54,661 bases of DNA from assembly GCA_030631415.1 (NCBI GenBank), contig DAOVLE010000002.1, positions 1 to 54,661 of the forward strand, written 5' to 3'. This stretch comes from Phycisphaerales bacterium. GTDB lineage: Bacteria > Planctomycetota > Phycisphaerae > UBA1845. The translations under genes and the position numbers were made by a program. The notes beneath the pieces were generated by a model. The model saw nothing but the letters and a program-made list of their open reading frames with translations, was not told the DNA's origin and made no database searches. Position 1 is the first letter of the stretch, and each line of letters opens with the position of its first letter. Positions 38,377 to 48,218 of the stretch are shown one piece after another.

Positions 38377-40077
38377 CTACAAACTCTGGAGCTCTGCCTC
38401 CACCGTGTCCATGAGAGGCTTGAGCGTGTCGTAGGTGAAGTCGAACTTGATGCCCGCTGCCGCAAACAGTTCCGGAAGCGGCCGGCTGCCGCCCAGCTTG
38501 AGTGCGTTACGATAGGCCAGAATCGTGGCATGACGATCCTTCTGCCTGTTGCACCAGAGCTGTAAGGCGCCAAGCTGGGCAATCCCATATTCGATATAGT
38601 AAAACGGCATCTGGAAGATGTGAATCTGCCGCTGCCACAGACAAGCCAACTCGCGCTCGTAGCCGCTGTAATCCTCACTACCGCCAAACCGTTCCCGCAA
38701 ACTTACCCAATAATCGCGGCGGGCTTCGGGAGTATGCTCGGGGTTGGTGTAAAGCCAATGCTGAAAGGCGTCGACAGTCGCAATCCACGGCAAGACCGAG
38801 ATGACACCCTCCAATTGCCTGCGGCGGGCCCGCTCCAGGTCTTCCCCCTCGTAGATCACCTCCAGGTGGTCATGAGCCAGCAATTCCATGCCCATCGATG
38901 CCACCTCGGCAAACTCGAGCGGGGCACTGCGGTAGGCAATCAGCGGATCATGCCGGGCGGCATAGGCATGAAAGGCGTGCCCGCCTTCGTGAATCAACGT
39001 CTGAACGTCACGGTGCAAACCGACCGCGTTCATGAAAATGAACGGGTGCCGCGATTCCTCATAGGTGGTCTGGTAGCCACCCGGTGCCTTGCCCTTGCGA
39101 CTCTCCAGGTCCAGGTAGCCGCGACTACACATCTCGTCGAACTGCTCGCCCAACTCCGTGTGGATGCGATGGAATATCCGCGAACATTTGCCGATCAGTT
39201 CCGTGGTGTCCTCGAAAGGCTTGAGCGGCCCACGCCCTTTCTCGTCCACCGCCAGGTCCCAGGGGCGCAGAGAATCCACCCCCAAAGCCTCGCGACGCCG
39301 TGCGTGCATGGCTCGCAAAACCGGGACTGCCGCCTGCTCGACGGCATCGTGGAAAGCCCAGCAATCCTCGGGTGTGTAGTCAAAGCGCTCCTTCACCTTG
39401 AAGGCATACTCGCGGTAATCCTTTGCCCCGGTGTTCAGCGCGATCCGGTGACGCAAGGCAAACAGCTTGCCGAAAATATCGTCGAAGGCATCAGCCTCCC
39501 CCAAACGCCGCGCGGAGCCTTTTTCCCATGCCTGCCGGCGAATCTCACGGTCGGACCATTCCAAATAACGGTTCAACTGCTGGAGGGTCTGCTCGCACTC
39601 GTCAAACTGAACGGTCATCAGCCCGCTGATTTTCTGGAACTCCTGGGTCAGCTTCGCCTCCTCGACCTCCAGCGGGATGTTCTCCTCACGGAACAACTCC
39701 ACCTGATTGCGAACGCTGCGATTAAAGACACGGAAGCGCGCCTGCGGTAGTTCCGCGGCATGCGGGCACGACACATACTTGACATTGAGCGCGTGCCGGC
39801 GCGGTTCACAACGCGGCATGATCTGCTCGACGAAATGCAGATACGCCTTCTCTCGCTCGGCATCGTCGGTCTGGCAGGTCATCTTGACGTAGCAGTCCGA
39901 GCCGACCTCGTCGATGGCGGACTGCAACTCACTGTAGTCCAGCAACCACTGGTTCACATCCTGCACCGAATCCAGCCGACGGGCTTCCAATTCGTCGAAG
40001 TAAGGATTGATCTCGTTCCAGTCTGTCAGTGTATCATCGGGCTTGAGATACTGTCGGGGGAATTCGGGGTTTGACAT
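38377..40077 (-). CDS. M3-family oligoendopeptidase F
   Basis: LRPWDL, RKGKAPGGY, PFIFMN, HEGGHAFH, EFAEVASM, PFYYIEY. Confidence 0.95.
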   Translation of the reverse strand: MSNPEFPRQYLKPDDTLTDWNEINPYFDELEARRLDSVQDVNQWLLDYSELQSAIDEVGSDCYVKMTCQTDDAEREKAYLHFVEQIMPRCEPRRHALNVKYVSCPHAAELPQARFRVFNRSVRNQVELFREENIPLEVEEAKLTQEFQKISGLMTVQFDECEQTLQQLNRYLEWSDREIRRQAWEKGSARRLGEADAFDDIFGKLFALRHRIALNTGAKDYREYAFKVKERFDYTPEDCWAFHDAVEQAAVPVLRAMHARRREALGVDSLRPWDLAVDEKGRGPLKPFEDTTELIGKCSRIFHRIHTELGEQFDEMCSRGYLDLESRKGKAPGGYQTTYEESRHPFIFMNAVGLHRDVQTLIHEGGHAFHAYAARHDPLIAYRSAPLEFAEVASMGMELLAHDHLEVIYEGEDLERARRRQLEGVISVLPWIATVDAFQHWLYTNPEHTPEARRDYWVSLRERFGGSEDYSGYERELACLWQRQIHIFQMPFYYIEYGIAQLGALQLWCNRQKDRHATILAYRNALKLGGSRPLPELFAAAGIKFDFTYDTLKPLMDTVEAELQSL

Positions 40078-40408
40078 GATCGGGCATCTCCGTAATGTGA
40101 AGGTTCAAAAACTACAACAGAACCACTGCAATGTAAACCTCATGGTGGCACAGTGTAACCTACAGAACCTTGAGCTTTCCAGTCTCGGATGCAAAAAAGT
40201 CGTCGCCGATTTCGACGGGTCACCGACGCATGGGGTGCCCCACCTATTCAGAGGCTGTCGAGAGGCCATGTAGCGTAGGCTTCCAGCCTGCACAGTAGCA
40301 GCCGGCGTTCTCGCAAGCCGTTTTTTGACAGCGTTCATCGGCGAGGGCTTCGGTGACGCAACCAATTGCCGAGCAAGAAATTATGGCACTCGCCATGTAG
40401 GGCGGGTT

Positions 40409-40663
40409 GTAAATATTCAGTAAACCCGTGTGCGGAATAGCGTGGGTTTCGTGTCGGCAGGCTTGCGCTAGGCCCGGCATTTATGCCGGGTATTGGAGTG
40501 GTTGCCATTGCCCCCCGTTCCGCCCCGCCGCCTTCGGCGGCGGGGCGGAACGGGGGGGATTCTTCGTTTGGCCTTCTCACCCGGCATAAATGCCGGGCCT
40601 AGCGCGACGGCTTGCCGGAGGTTGCCTCGTTGCCTGTTCACCACAGGTTTACTGAATGTTTAC
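40409..40663. mobile_element. 255-bp MITE with 22-bp TIRs and 8-bp target duplication, inserted in a GTAG REP
   Basis: TIRs GTAAATATTCAGTAAACCCGTG / CACAGGTTTACTGAATGTTTAC (20/22 match). GGCGGGTT is duplicated at 40401-40408 and 40664-40671. Confidence 0.85.
40465..40605. repeat. Second copy of the GCGCTAGGCCCGGCATTTATGCCGGGT-ended element, nested in the MITE
   Basis: Same TIRs as 6073-6252, opposite orientation, different central hairpin. Confidence 0.85.
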
Positions 40664-40804
40664 GGCGGGTTTCACCCGCCGCCTTGAGAAAAAAAAGGCG
40701 TGCACGGGCGACACGGTTGCCCATGTTCGGATTCGGATATAATGACGCCAAGGAGCAGCAGCATGAACTGCATAAATCCGCTGATCGAAGGTAAACGCGA
40801 AGAT

Positions 40805-41005
40805 CAGTGCCGCAACCGTAAGGGAGCGGTCCTACTTGGATAGGCCGCTCCCTCACGGTCGCGGTACTGAGGTAACTGATTTTTGCCGGGTGGCCCATGG
40901 CTTTAGCCGTGGGGGGCACGATTCTAAACGCCCAGGCTGCTACGGAGTCCGGTGGTGCTCGGGGGCCCCATTCGTGTTCCCCACCGCTGAAACGATGGGC
41001 CACCC
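40805..41005. repeat. Two further REP doublets
   Basis: CAGTGCCGCAACCGTAAGGGAGCGG...CCGCTCCCTCACGGTCGCGGTACTG and GGGTGGCCCATGGCTTTAGCC...GATGGGCCACCC. Confidence 0.8.
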
Positions 41006-41213
41006 GCCCAGTTCGGAGTAGAACACTGCTCAAAGGCCCGGTAAAAGGGAAATGTTGATCTATAGGGCTCTGCAGCGTATATTCCTGTGGTGGCAATGAC
41101 ATGGGGCAACTTGCGGGCTTTTCTGGGATGCATATGTGTTGGATACGAGTGCCGAGCGAAAACTCGCCAAGAGTTTTGCGAATGGCTATCGGCGACGGAA
41201 CGATGTGGAGAGA

Positions 41214-41555
41214 ATGATGCCGGTTAATCGTATTATACCAGACCTCCAAGACAATTCCGAGCTTGTCGATGAACTTGTGCACGTGCTACACGAAAACAAG
41301 CCCACCGGGCCACCCGATGATCCAGAAATCATTATTGAAGAAGTGCAGCATTCCAAGAGCTTGCACGTTACAGTCATTTGGGACCGGTGGGAGGAAATCG
41401 ACGCGGAAGAGCGGGGACGTATCATTCTTGAGGCGGTGGCTAAAGAGTTGGGAGAGGCGGAAATGCTCCGCGTAACCATGGCCCTTGGAGTCACCAAAAA
41501 AGAAGCATACCGCCTCAACATACGGGACACGTATGACAGGCACGAACGGCGTTAA
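41214..41555 (+). CDS. Hypothetical protein (weak BolA-like pattern)
   Basis: GGAG RBS before ATGATG. Contains LHVTVIWDRWEEIDAEERGRIILEAV. Confidence 0.65.
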   Translation: MMPVNRIIPDLQDNSELVDELVHVLHENKPTGPPDDPEIIIEEVQHSKSLHVTVIWDRWEEIDAEERGRIILEAVAKELGEAEMLRVTMALGVTKKEAYRLNIRDTYDRHERR

Positions 41556-41569
41556 TCAGATCGCTATCC

Positions 41570-41974
41570 ATGAAACCCGATCGACACCAAGCCAGAATTC
41601 TAGCGATGCAGGTGCTCTGCCAGCTCGACGTGCAGGGCGAGAGTTTTTTGGAGTCTATGGTCACATTCCTTGCCGAGGAGGAGCCCAACGTAGGCACTCG
41701 CCACTATGCCCGCACGCTTGTTGACTTCGCCTGGGAGAAGCGTCACCATTTCCGGGAGCGGATTCAGGCGTCAGCCTCGCGGTGGGACGTCAAGCGGATG
41801 GATATAGTGGACCGCAACGTCATTCGGGTGGCTTTGGCGGAACTGACCCGCGGCGAGGTGCCGCCCAAGGTGGTGCTGAATGAAGCCATCGAAATCGCCC
41901 GGGAGTACGCATCGGCTAACTCCGCCGGTTTTGTCAACGGCGTGCTCGACGAACTGTATAAAGACATGATGTAG
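41570..41974 (+). CDS. nusB: Transcription antitermination factor NusB
   Basis: RHQARILAMQVL, RMDIVDRNVIR, PPKVVLNEAIEIAREY, FVNGVLD. Confidence 0.95.
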   Translation: MKPDRHQARILAMQVLCQLDVQGESFLESMVTFLAEEEPNVGTRHYARTLVDFAWEKRHHFRERIQASASRWDVKRMDIVDRNVIRVALAELTRGEVPPKVVLNEAIEIAREYASANSAGFVNGVLDELYKDMM

Positions 41975-42071
41975 GGCGGGTTCCACCCGCCTTCCGATCG
42001 AGAGACGATTGCCGGGGAAGGCGGGTGGAACCCGCCCTACAACTGATAGCTGACGGCTGATAGCTGATAGC
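41971..42071. repeat. GTAG REP doublet plus CTGATAG heptamer array
   Basis: REP doublet 41971-42040, then CTGATAGCTGACGGCTGATAGCTGATAGC. Confidence 0.8.
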
Positions 42072-42091
42072 TTTTGAAAGGAATGCGGCTG

Positions 42092-43012
42092 ATGGGTCTA
42101 TTTGACCGGTTCAAGAAGGGCCTTTCCAAAACCCGTGAGAGAATCTCAGCGGGTTTTCGAGCGGTTCTGCCCTTCGGGCGGAAGATCGACGATGCGATGC
42201 TCGAAGAGCTGGAGACCACCATGCTGGCGGCAGACTTCGGCCCAACGACCGTCAGCACACTCATCGACATAGTCCGTAGCGAGTGGAAAAAAGGCAAAAT
42301 CACCGAGACGCAGGAAATTCTCGAATGCCTCAAAGACTACGTGATTGCCAAGTGGCCTGAGGACGATCGGCGGATCAAGTTCTGCGAGAGCGGCCCTACG
42401 GTGGTCCTGGTTGCGGGGATCAACGGATCGGGCAAGACCACCAGCGTAGCCAAGCTGGCCAACCACTTCACCAAGGCGGGCAAGAAGGTGATTCTGGCGG
42501 CTTGTGACACCTACCGTGCAGCCGCGGTTGAGCAGCTCACCGAGTGGTCGCGGCGGATCGACGTTCAGATCGTCAAGCACAAGCAGGACGCTGACCCGGG
42601 CGCGGTGGCTTACGATGCCTGCGATGCCGCCGTGGCTCGCAATGCCGACATCCTGTTGGTGGACACCGCCGGGCGACTGCATACCCAGGACCATCTGATG
42701 CGCGAGCTGGGCAAAATTCAAAAGGTGGTCTCCCGCAAGATACCCGGTGCCCCACACGAGGTCCTGCTGGTGCTCGATGCCACCATTGGGCAAAACGCGA
42801 TCATCCAGGCCAAGATGTTCAGCGAACACGTGAACGTCACCGGGCTGGTGTTGGCCAAGCTGGACGGATCAGCCAAGGGTGGAGCGGTTATCGGAATCCG
42901 CGATCAGATGAATGTCCCGGTGAAGTTCGTGGGGCTGGGCGAGACTCCGGAAGACATCGAACCGTTCGATCCGGTCCAGTTCGCCGAAGCGTTGTTCTCC
43001 ACCGAGAATTAG
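42092..43012 (+). CDS. ftsY: SRP receptor FtsY
   Basis: GLSKTR, GINGSGKTTS, DTYRAAA, DTAGRLH, KLDGSAKGG. Confidence 0.97.
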   Translation: MGLFDRFKKGLSKTRERISAGFRAVLPFGRKIDDAMLEELETTMLAADFGPTTVSTLIDIVRSEWKKGKITETQEILECLKDYVIAKWPEDDRRIKFCESGPTVVLVAGINGSGKTTSVAKLANHFTKAGKKVILAACDTYRAAAVEQLTEWSRRIDVQIVKHKQDADPGAVAYDACDAAVARNADILLVDTAGRLHTQDHLMRELGKIQKVVSRKIPGAPHEVLLVLDATIGQNAIIQAKMFSEHVNVTGLVLAKLDGSAKGGAVIGIRDQMNVPVKFVGLGETPEDIEPFDPVQFAEALFSTEN

Positions 43013-43369
43013 CCCCGTAGGGTGAGTGTAGCCCGCCGTAAGCGGGCGAAACCCACCACACCGATTGACGGGTGGCCATGTATACGCTGCGCGAAAGCGT
43101 GCGGCGCAGAACATGGTCAAGAACCACCTCGAAAAGTCATCTGGCAAATCGTAACGTTATCGAGGGTGGTCCTTGACCATGCCACCCGACCGCCCGACCT
43201 ACAAACTACAAACTAATGGCACGCTGCCAGAAAGTCGATGCCTTATACACCGGTGGCTACGCCGGACCGGCAGAGAAAGGCACAAATAGGTCGGGGGATC
43301 AACCAGTGCCCCGGGCACGGCGTGGTGCACGCTCGTCTGTGAAATCCGCCGCCCTTGGAGGTCTTTAAC

Positions 43370-43960
43370 ATGCGCCATACTTCGCTTGTGATCGGGCTTG
43401 TGTTTGCCGGATTTGCCGCACATCTCTCCCAGGCAGCAGACCCATTGATGTACGTGAACGACTCGGCAAACCGCTTGCTGACAGTGGACGTTTCCACCGG
43501 CCACGTCGAACGACTCGGCAACACCAACGCCCAGTTCACCGTCGATACCGAAACCGGGTCCGGCACAACGGTTGGCACCTTGTCGGGCTACCGTTCAGCC
43601 GGCGACCTGACCGCCGACGCCCAAGGCCGACTACTGCTGACCACCGATGCGGGGATGCTTGTGGAGGTGGACCGCGACGTAGGGGGAGCCTTGCCCATCG
43701 GCAGCTTGCCCTATACGGACATCTTTGCTTTTGCCACAACTGCCGAGGGCACGTTGTACGGCGTTCGATCGACCAACGAGATCGTCACTGTGGATGCAGA
43801 CACCGGGCAAGCCACCATCACTGAAACCCTTGAGGGAGACTTCCTTTTGGCCCGTGCCTGGGGTGCGAGCTTCCCCAGTCAGCACGTCCCGGAACCTGCC
43901 ACGCTGATATTCGCTCTGTTCAGCGCCGTCCTACTCATTGCCAGACGTTGGGAGATGTAA
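43370..43960 (+). CDS. PEP-CTERM sorting domain protein
   Basis: Signal peptide, propeller-like repeats, and VPEPATL followed by a TM segment and ARR. Confidence 0.85.
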   Translation: MRHTSLVIGLVFAGFAAHLSQAADPLMYVNDSANRLLTVDVSTGHVERLGNTNAQFTVDTETGSGTTVGTLSGYRSAGDLTADAQGRLLLTTDAGMLVEVDRDVGGALPIGSLPYTDIFAFATTAEGTLYGVRSTNEIVTVDADTGQATITETLEGDFLLARAWGASFPSQHVPEPATLIFALFSAVLLIARRWEM

Positions 43961-44069
43961 AACAACATTCGCCGTGCAGGCTGGAATCCTGTGATATGCC
44001 GTGCAGGCTGGAAGCCTGCGATACGGGTTTTTCGACAACCCCTGCAACGATGGGGGGTAGGCACTGCCT

Positions 44070-44831
44070 TCAATCGGTGGCTCTCGCCCGCCCGTTTCGC
44101 CCGGCATTGCCCTTCGGCAGGCATACCGGATAGATGCCCGAGCTTCCGGGGCGGCGGATGGTTGCCCGGTTGTTGTGCCGCCGCGAGTAACGCTGCGGGC
44201 GGTTCAATTTGCGAGCCAGCAACTCTCTTACGGTAATCATCTCCACACCCTTGGCGACCAGTTGTCGCAGCGCAAAATCCGCCGCGCCGGCGTTCCAGTA
44301 ACCGCACCCGTCGGAGATGACCGTCACCCGCCGGTTCCGTGCCAACAGCCCCAGTGCCAAGGCTTTCACCGACCGCTCCAGCCCCAGACCGAAAATGATA
44401 TACTCACCCACCCTCAACTGTGTCAGGAACCGATCCGCCTTGGGGTTCCCCAACAGATCGGGGGTTCGTTTCCGAAAAATCACCTGCTGATAGCCCTGGA
44501 ACAAATCGAGGGGTAGCGTCAAAGTGTTGTCACCCTCGACCGATACGCAACTTTGCAGCACGGTGAAGCGCAGCTTTCGCTGCCCTTCGGACCCGTCGAG
44601 ACAGTGTGGTGGCAGCCCCTCCTCGACGGATTCCTCGCGACGATGTGAATCCATCGACGAAATCAGCGGCACCTCATTGCGCTTCGCCCACGCAACAATG
44701 TCACGTAATGTCGGCACCAACCGCTCTGCATTCAGCACACGACAGGGGCGGTCTTCCCCCAGGAAGTCCCGCTGTGTGTTCAGGTCCACCAGAACGCATT
44801 CGTAAACGCAGCCGTTTCTTCGCGCACGCAT
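44070..44831 (-). CDS. Isochorismatase/nicotinamidase-fold protein, catalytic Cys apparently absent
   Basis: VDLNTQRDF, DSH, PPHCLDGSEG and FRK present. GLGLERSV replaces GxxTDYCV. Confidence 0.8.
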   Translation of the reverse strand: MRARRNGCVYECVLVDLNTQRDFLGEDRPCRVLNAERLVPTLRDIVAWAKRNEVPLISSMDSHRREESVEEGLPPHCLDGSEGQRKLRFTVLQSCVSVEGDNTLTLPLDLFQGYQQVIFRKRTPDLLGNPKADRFLTQLRVGEYIIFGLGLERSVKALALGLLARNRRVTVISDGCGYWNAGAADFALRQLVAKGVEMITVRELLARKLNRPQRYSRRHNNRATIRRPGSSGIYPVCLPKGNAGRNGRARATD

Positions 44832-45108
44832 ACCCTTACCCCATGCAAGGAAACCCCATCGTCATCGTCGCGAAAAAAATCGCCTATTTTCCACCCGGTA
44901 TCAACGATAAAAGACATGGGCGCTTCCTTCCCTCACGTTTCCAGTCCTTCCTCCGCCGGGGGGTTCAGAAAACCCCAACCGGCTTCAAATAATAGACCCG
45001 ATTTGGGGCAATGGCCAATCAATTTGTCATTTATTGTAGGAAATACTCCCTCCCGGCCCTTGGGAGCACCTTATTGGCGAAGCCGTGCTCAGTTATGTCC
45101 ACTCTCAC

Positions 45109-47901
45109 TTAACCCCGATAATCCACTTGAGGGGAAACGTGATGAATTGAGAATGGAGTGGTGTTGAACATTCGGTGGAATTCGGCGAAGTCCGCCAGGT
45201 CCACATCGCCGTCGGCATCGAAGTCAAAAGTTTCCAGGCAGATATCGACGCATTCGGGGATGTACGGGTTCGGGGTGGCTTCGGGGCCTGCAAGGCAGTC
45301 AACCAGACCCCCATGGTCGGCGAGGTCTATGACTCCGTCAGCGTTGAAGTCCCCGGCAGTGATCGTCTCGCAGTCATCGGGCACTCCGCTGGCGTTGCAA
45401 TCCAGGTCGCACTCGTCGAATATGCCGTTGTTGTTGCAATCGGGTATCTTGTCCAGCGAGACCCCGGCACCGGTCAGGCAGAGATCAAAGTGGTCGAGTT
45501 TGAGTGTGGCAACGGCGCTGCTGCCCGACCCGTTGTCCACCGTCTCCACCCGGAAATAGTCCATTCGGCGGGCGCTCGACTCGACGCCGGTAAGCAACAC
45601 TTGAAGAGCCCCGTCCACAGATACCGCTACCGTCACCTCATCAAGATCGTTGTCCAACACCACCTCGATCTCATAGCATTCGTCCAGCTCGATCTCCAGG
45701 CCGGTGTTGACATAGGTGCCGGGCGGGTTCTCCACAACGATAAAGCCGGGAAAGACCGACGAAACGGTCGAGGAGAACCGGACGATAATCACCTTCTCGT
45801 CATTGACCCCGTCGTGGACGGAGAACTGCCAGTCGATTCCAGGATTGAGATTCAGCCCCACCCGCGTTCGGAAAGTCAGCGAGTATACTCGTTGACCCGA
45901 CGGGAATTGGCCGTCATGCGGCTGGAGGTATTCGCTGTGCACGTACCAGTCCGGCGGGGTGCCGGTGGCGGCGGGCACACCGACCTGCACCACCTTGTCA
46001 GCCAGGTTCCCGGTCTCACAGCCTCGCCGGTCAATCTGGGCGTTGCCCGCCGGATTCACCCAGGCACTGCCATCCCCACCTCCCGGAGGAATCTCATCGA
46101 AACCGTCCATGGGGATATTGGTGGCGAAATCGTTGAACCCGCCCCACAGCTTTAAGGTGCAGCGTGAGACATCACACTCGTCAGGCCAGTGGTTGTCGTT
46201 GCAGTCCTGGCTCGTGCCACTGGCGATGTCGCAGTCGTCGGGGACACCGTTGGTGTTGCAATCGTCCTCGCAGTCGTCGGGGACACCGTTTGGCTGGCAG
46301 TCGTTGCCGGCAATCTGGCACTCGTCCGGGATGCCGTCAGGCTGACAATCGTTGCCTTCCAATTCGCAGTCGTCGGGGACCTGGTTTGGTTGGCAGTCGT
46401 TGCCGGCGATCTGGCACTCGTCCGGGATGCCGTCGGGCTGACAGTCCACGCTGGTGACGCCGGCGATGTCACAGTCGTCCGGGATGCTGTTGTTGTTGCA
46501 ATCGTTGCCCTCCAATTCACACTCGTCGGGCAGGCTGTTGCCGTTGCAATCCTGGCTCTGCCCGCAGCCGGGCACGCTGCAGCCCGGGGCTGCACAGTCC
46601 AGGTCACACGTGTCCATGATCCCGTTGTCGTTGCAGTCCAACTCGGTTATCGAGAGCGACAGATTGTAGAACTGCGGCTCGGCGGGCGAGTCCCGTTCGT
46701 AGACGCGGATGTAGTAAGTCCCCGCAACGGTCAGGAAGACGTCCGTGAGTGTTTCCGCGACTCCCGCGGGCTCCGCGTCGGCTGTGCCCAGCACGGTGCT
46801 GCCGTCGGTGTCGATGACGCTCACGTTGAGGTTCGCCATGGCGGAGCTGTCAATGTCGTTGCAGCAGTCACATCCACTCTCGAGTTGGGGGCTGGAGTCG
46901 TACACCCGCCCCACCGGTGTTATGGTCACTGCGGCTGAGCTGGCACTGTTGATGGTGAAGCGGAAGTAGTCCACCTCGTTGTTGGCATCGATGCTCAGCA
47001 GTGAGGCGTATCCGACATTGGGGGCAGGCCCCAACTCGACCGGCGCCTCGACGGTGACCGTGCCCAGGTTTGTGGCGGTGGCAGTAGTGTTGTCGGATTC
47101 ATAGGCGTCGCCATATTGACGTTGGGCGCCGCGGATGTCGTCGTCCTGAGGCCCATCGAACGTTGTGTCCAGGTAAGGTTCCATCAATTGACGCGAGTTG
47201 TACGAGCAGACGTGCTCCATCCCCAGACCGTGCCCGTGCTCGTGCATGACCACGTTGCGCAGGAACCGATAACTTCCCGAGGAAGAAGCCCAATACTCCG
47301 CACGATCCAATACCATATCACCGTTGGAGGGAAAACGGTTATAGCCCAGCGTACCGCTGGAGCCATCGATCGGGATCATGGCGATACGAATGTCGCCGCG
47401 GGTGGTGTCGTTCCCGCTCCAGCCCCAAGTTGCCCCGTCATCCCAATCGTTGCCGCCGGAGGTCACCCGCGTGTAGGACATCCCGGTCAACTCGCCCCAG
47501 CGGGCAAAGGATGCCTCGAATTGTGCAATCCAAGTTGCCCGGTTGCCGAACTGAGCATCCAGACGGCTGAACAGTTCGCTGGTTTCGCCATCGACGCTCA
47601 ACCCGTCGGGCACGAAGCTCCAGGTCAACGGGCATGGGTCGCCCTGGCTGCCAGGCCACCGACCGCCCAGGTAGTAACGTTGCCCATCCGGGCTGGTGTG
47701 CATTAACTGGTTATAGTAGTTGATCACTTCCGGGTCGGTCCCGGGAGCGAAGCAGAATGCCACCGGCCCACGCCCGTCGTCGACCAAACGCTCCAGGAAA
47801 GGCAAAGTCTCGCCGGCATGGTACGAAGCCACCTCAACATCACGTGCACATGACACACACACAACCAGCAGTGCAAAAGAAAGGGCATACAGACGACGCA
47901 T
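45109..47901 (-). CDS. Secreted matrixin (M10-like) metalloprotease with PPC-like domain, DCNxNGxPDEC repeats and dockerin
   Basis: Signal peptide, HEHGHGLGMEH with LMEP Met-turn, DAYE.D, DYFRF, Cys/Asp repeats, GDFNADGVIDLAD...DFDADGDVDLADFA. Confidence 0.9.
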   Translation of the reverse strand: MRRLYALSFALLVVCVSCARDVEVASYHAGETLPFLERLVDDGRGPVAFCFAPGTDPEVINYYNQLMHTSPDGQRYYLGGRWPGSQGDPCPLTWSFVPDGLSVDGETSELFSRLDAQFGNRATWIAQFEASFARWGELTGMSYTRVTSGGNDWDDGATWGWSGNDTTRGDIRIAMIPIDGSSGTLGYNRFPSNGDMVLDRAEYWASSSGSYRFLRNVVMHEHGHGLGMEHVCSYNSRQLMEPYLDTTFDGPQDDDIRGAQRQYGDAYESDNTTATATNLGTVTVEAPVELGPAPNVGYASLLSIDANNEVDYFRFTINSASSAAVTITPVGRVYDSSPQLESGCDCCNDIDSSAMANLNVSVIDTDGSTVLGTADAEPAGVAETLTDVFLTVAGTYYIRVYERDSPAEPQFYNLSLSITELDCNDNGIMDTCDLDCAAPGCSVPGCGQSQDCNGNSLPDECELEGNDCNNNSIPDDCDIAGVTSVDCQPDGIPDECQIAGNDCQPNQVPDDCELEGNDCQPDGIPDECQIAGNDCQPNGVPDDCEDDCNTNGVPDDCDIASGTSQDCNDNHWPDECDVSRCTLKLWGGFNDFATNIPMDGFDEIPPGGGDGSAWVNPAGNAQIDRRGCETGNLADKVVQVGVPAATGTPPDWYVHSEYLQPHDGQFPSGQRVYSLTFRTRVGLNLNPGIDWQFSVHDGVNDEKVIIVRFSSTVSSVFPGFIVVENPPGTYVNTGLEIELDECYEIEVVLDNDLDEVTVAVSVDGALQVLLTGVESSARRMDYFRVETVDNGSGSSAVATLKLDHFDLCLTGAGVSLDKIPDCNNNGIFDECDLDCNASGVPDDCETITAGDFNADGVIDLADHGGLVDCLAGPEATPNPYIPECVDICLETFDFDADGDVDLADFAEFHRMFNTTPFSIHHVSPQVDYRG

Positions 47902-48070
47902 GGTTAGTTCTCCGAATAAGTTCAAATCCCCCAGTCAGGCATTGCCCCCATCAACGAGACTATATTAACATTACACCCCAAACGTCAAGTTATAAGTCCA
48001 GCGGAGGGTGAAAACATCAGAGCAGTCACATATAATTCACCACCGAGCACGCAGAGAATGGAGAATAGGA

Positions 48071-48108
48071 GAAATTGAAAATTGAAAATTGAAAATTGAA
48101 ATTGAAAA
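48071..48108. repeat. AAATTGA heptamer tandem repeat
   Basis: GAAATTGAAAATTGAAAATTGAAAATTGAAATTGAAAA. Confidence 0.8.
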
Positions 48109-48218
48109 ACGAAAAAAGGGGGGGAGGGGCAACATTGTCGCTGTGTGCACACGCGGCGCTACATGTGGGTCTGATGTTTGGTAAGATCGGAGTTTTCAAC
48201 GTGGGTTGAGAATGAAGT

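Noticed and set aside
40638-41282. 214-aa minus-strand ORF and other short ORFs across REP clusters
   Set aside because: Composed largely of translated palindromic repeats and antisense overlap.
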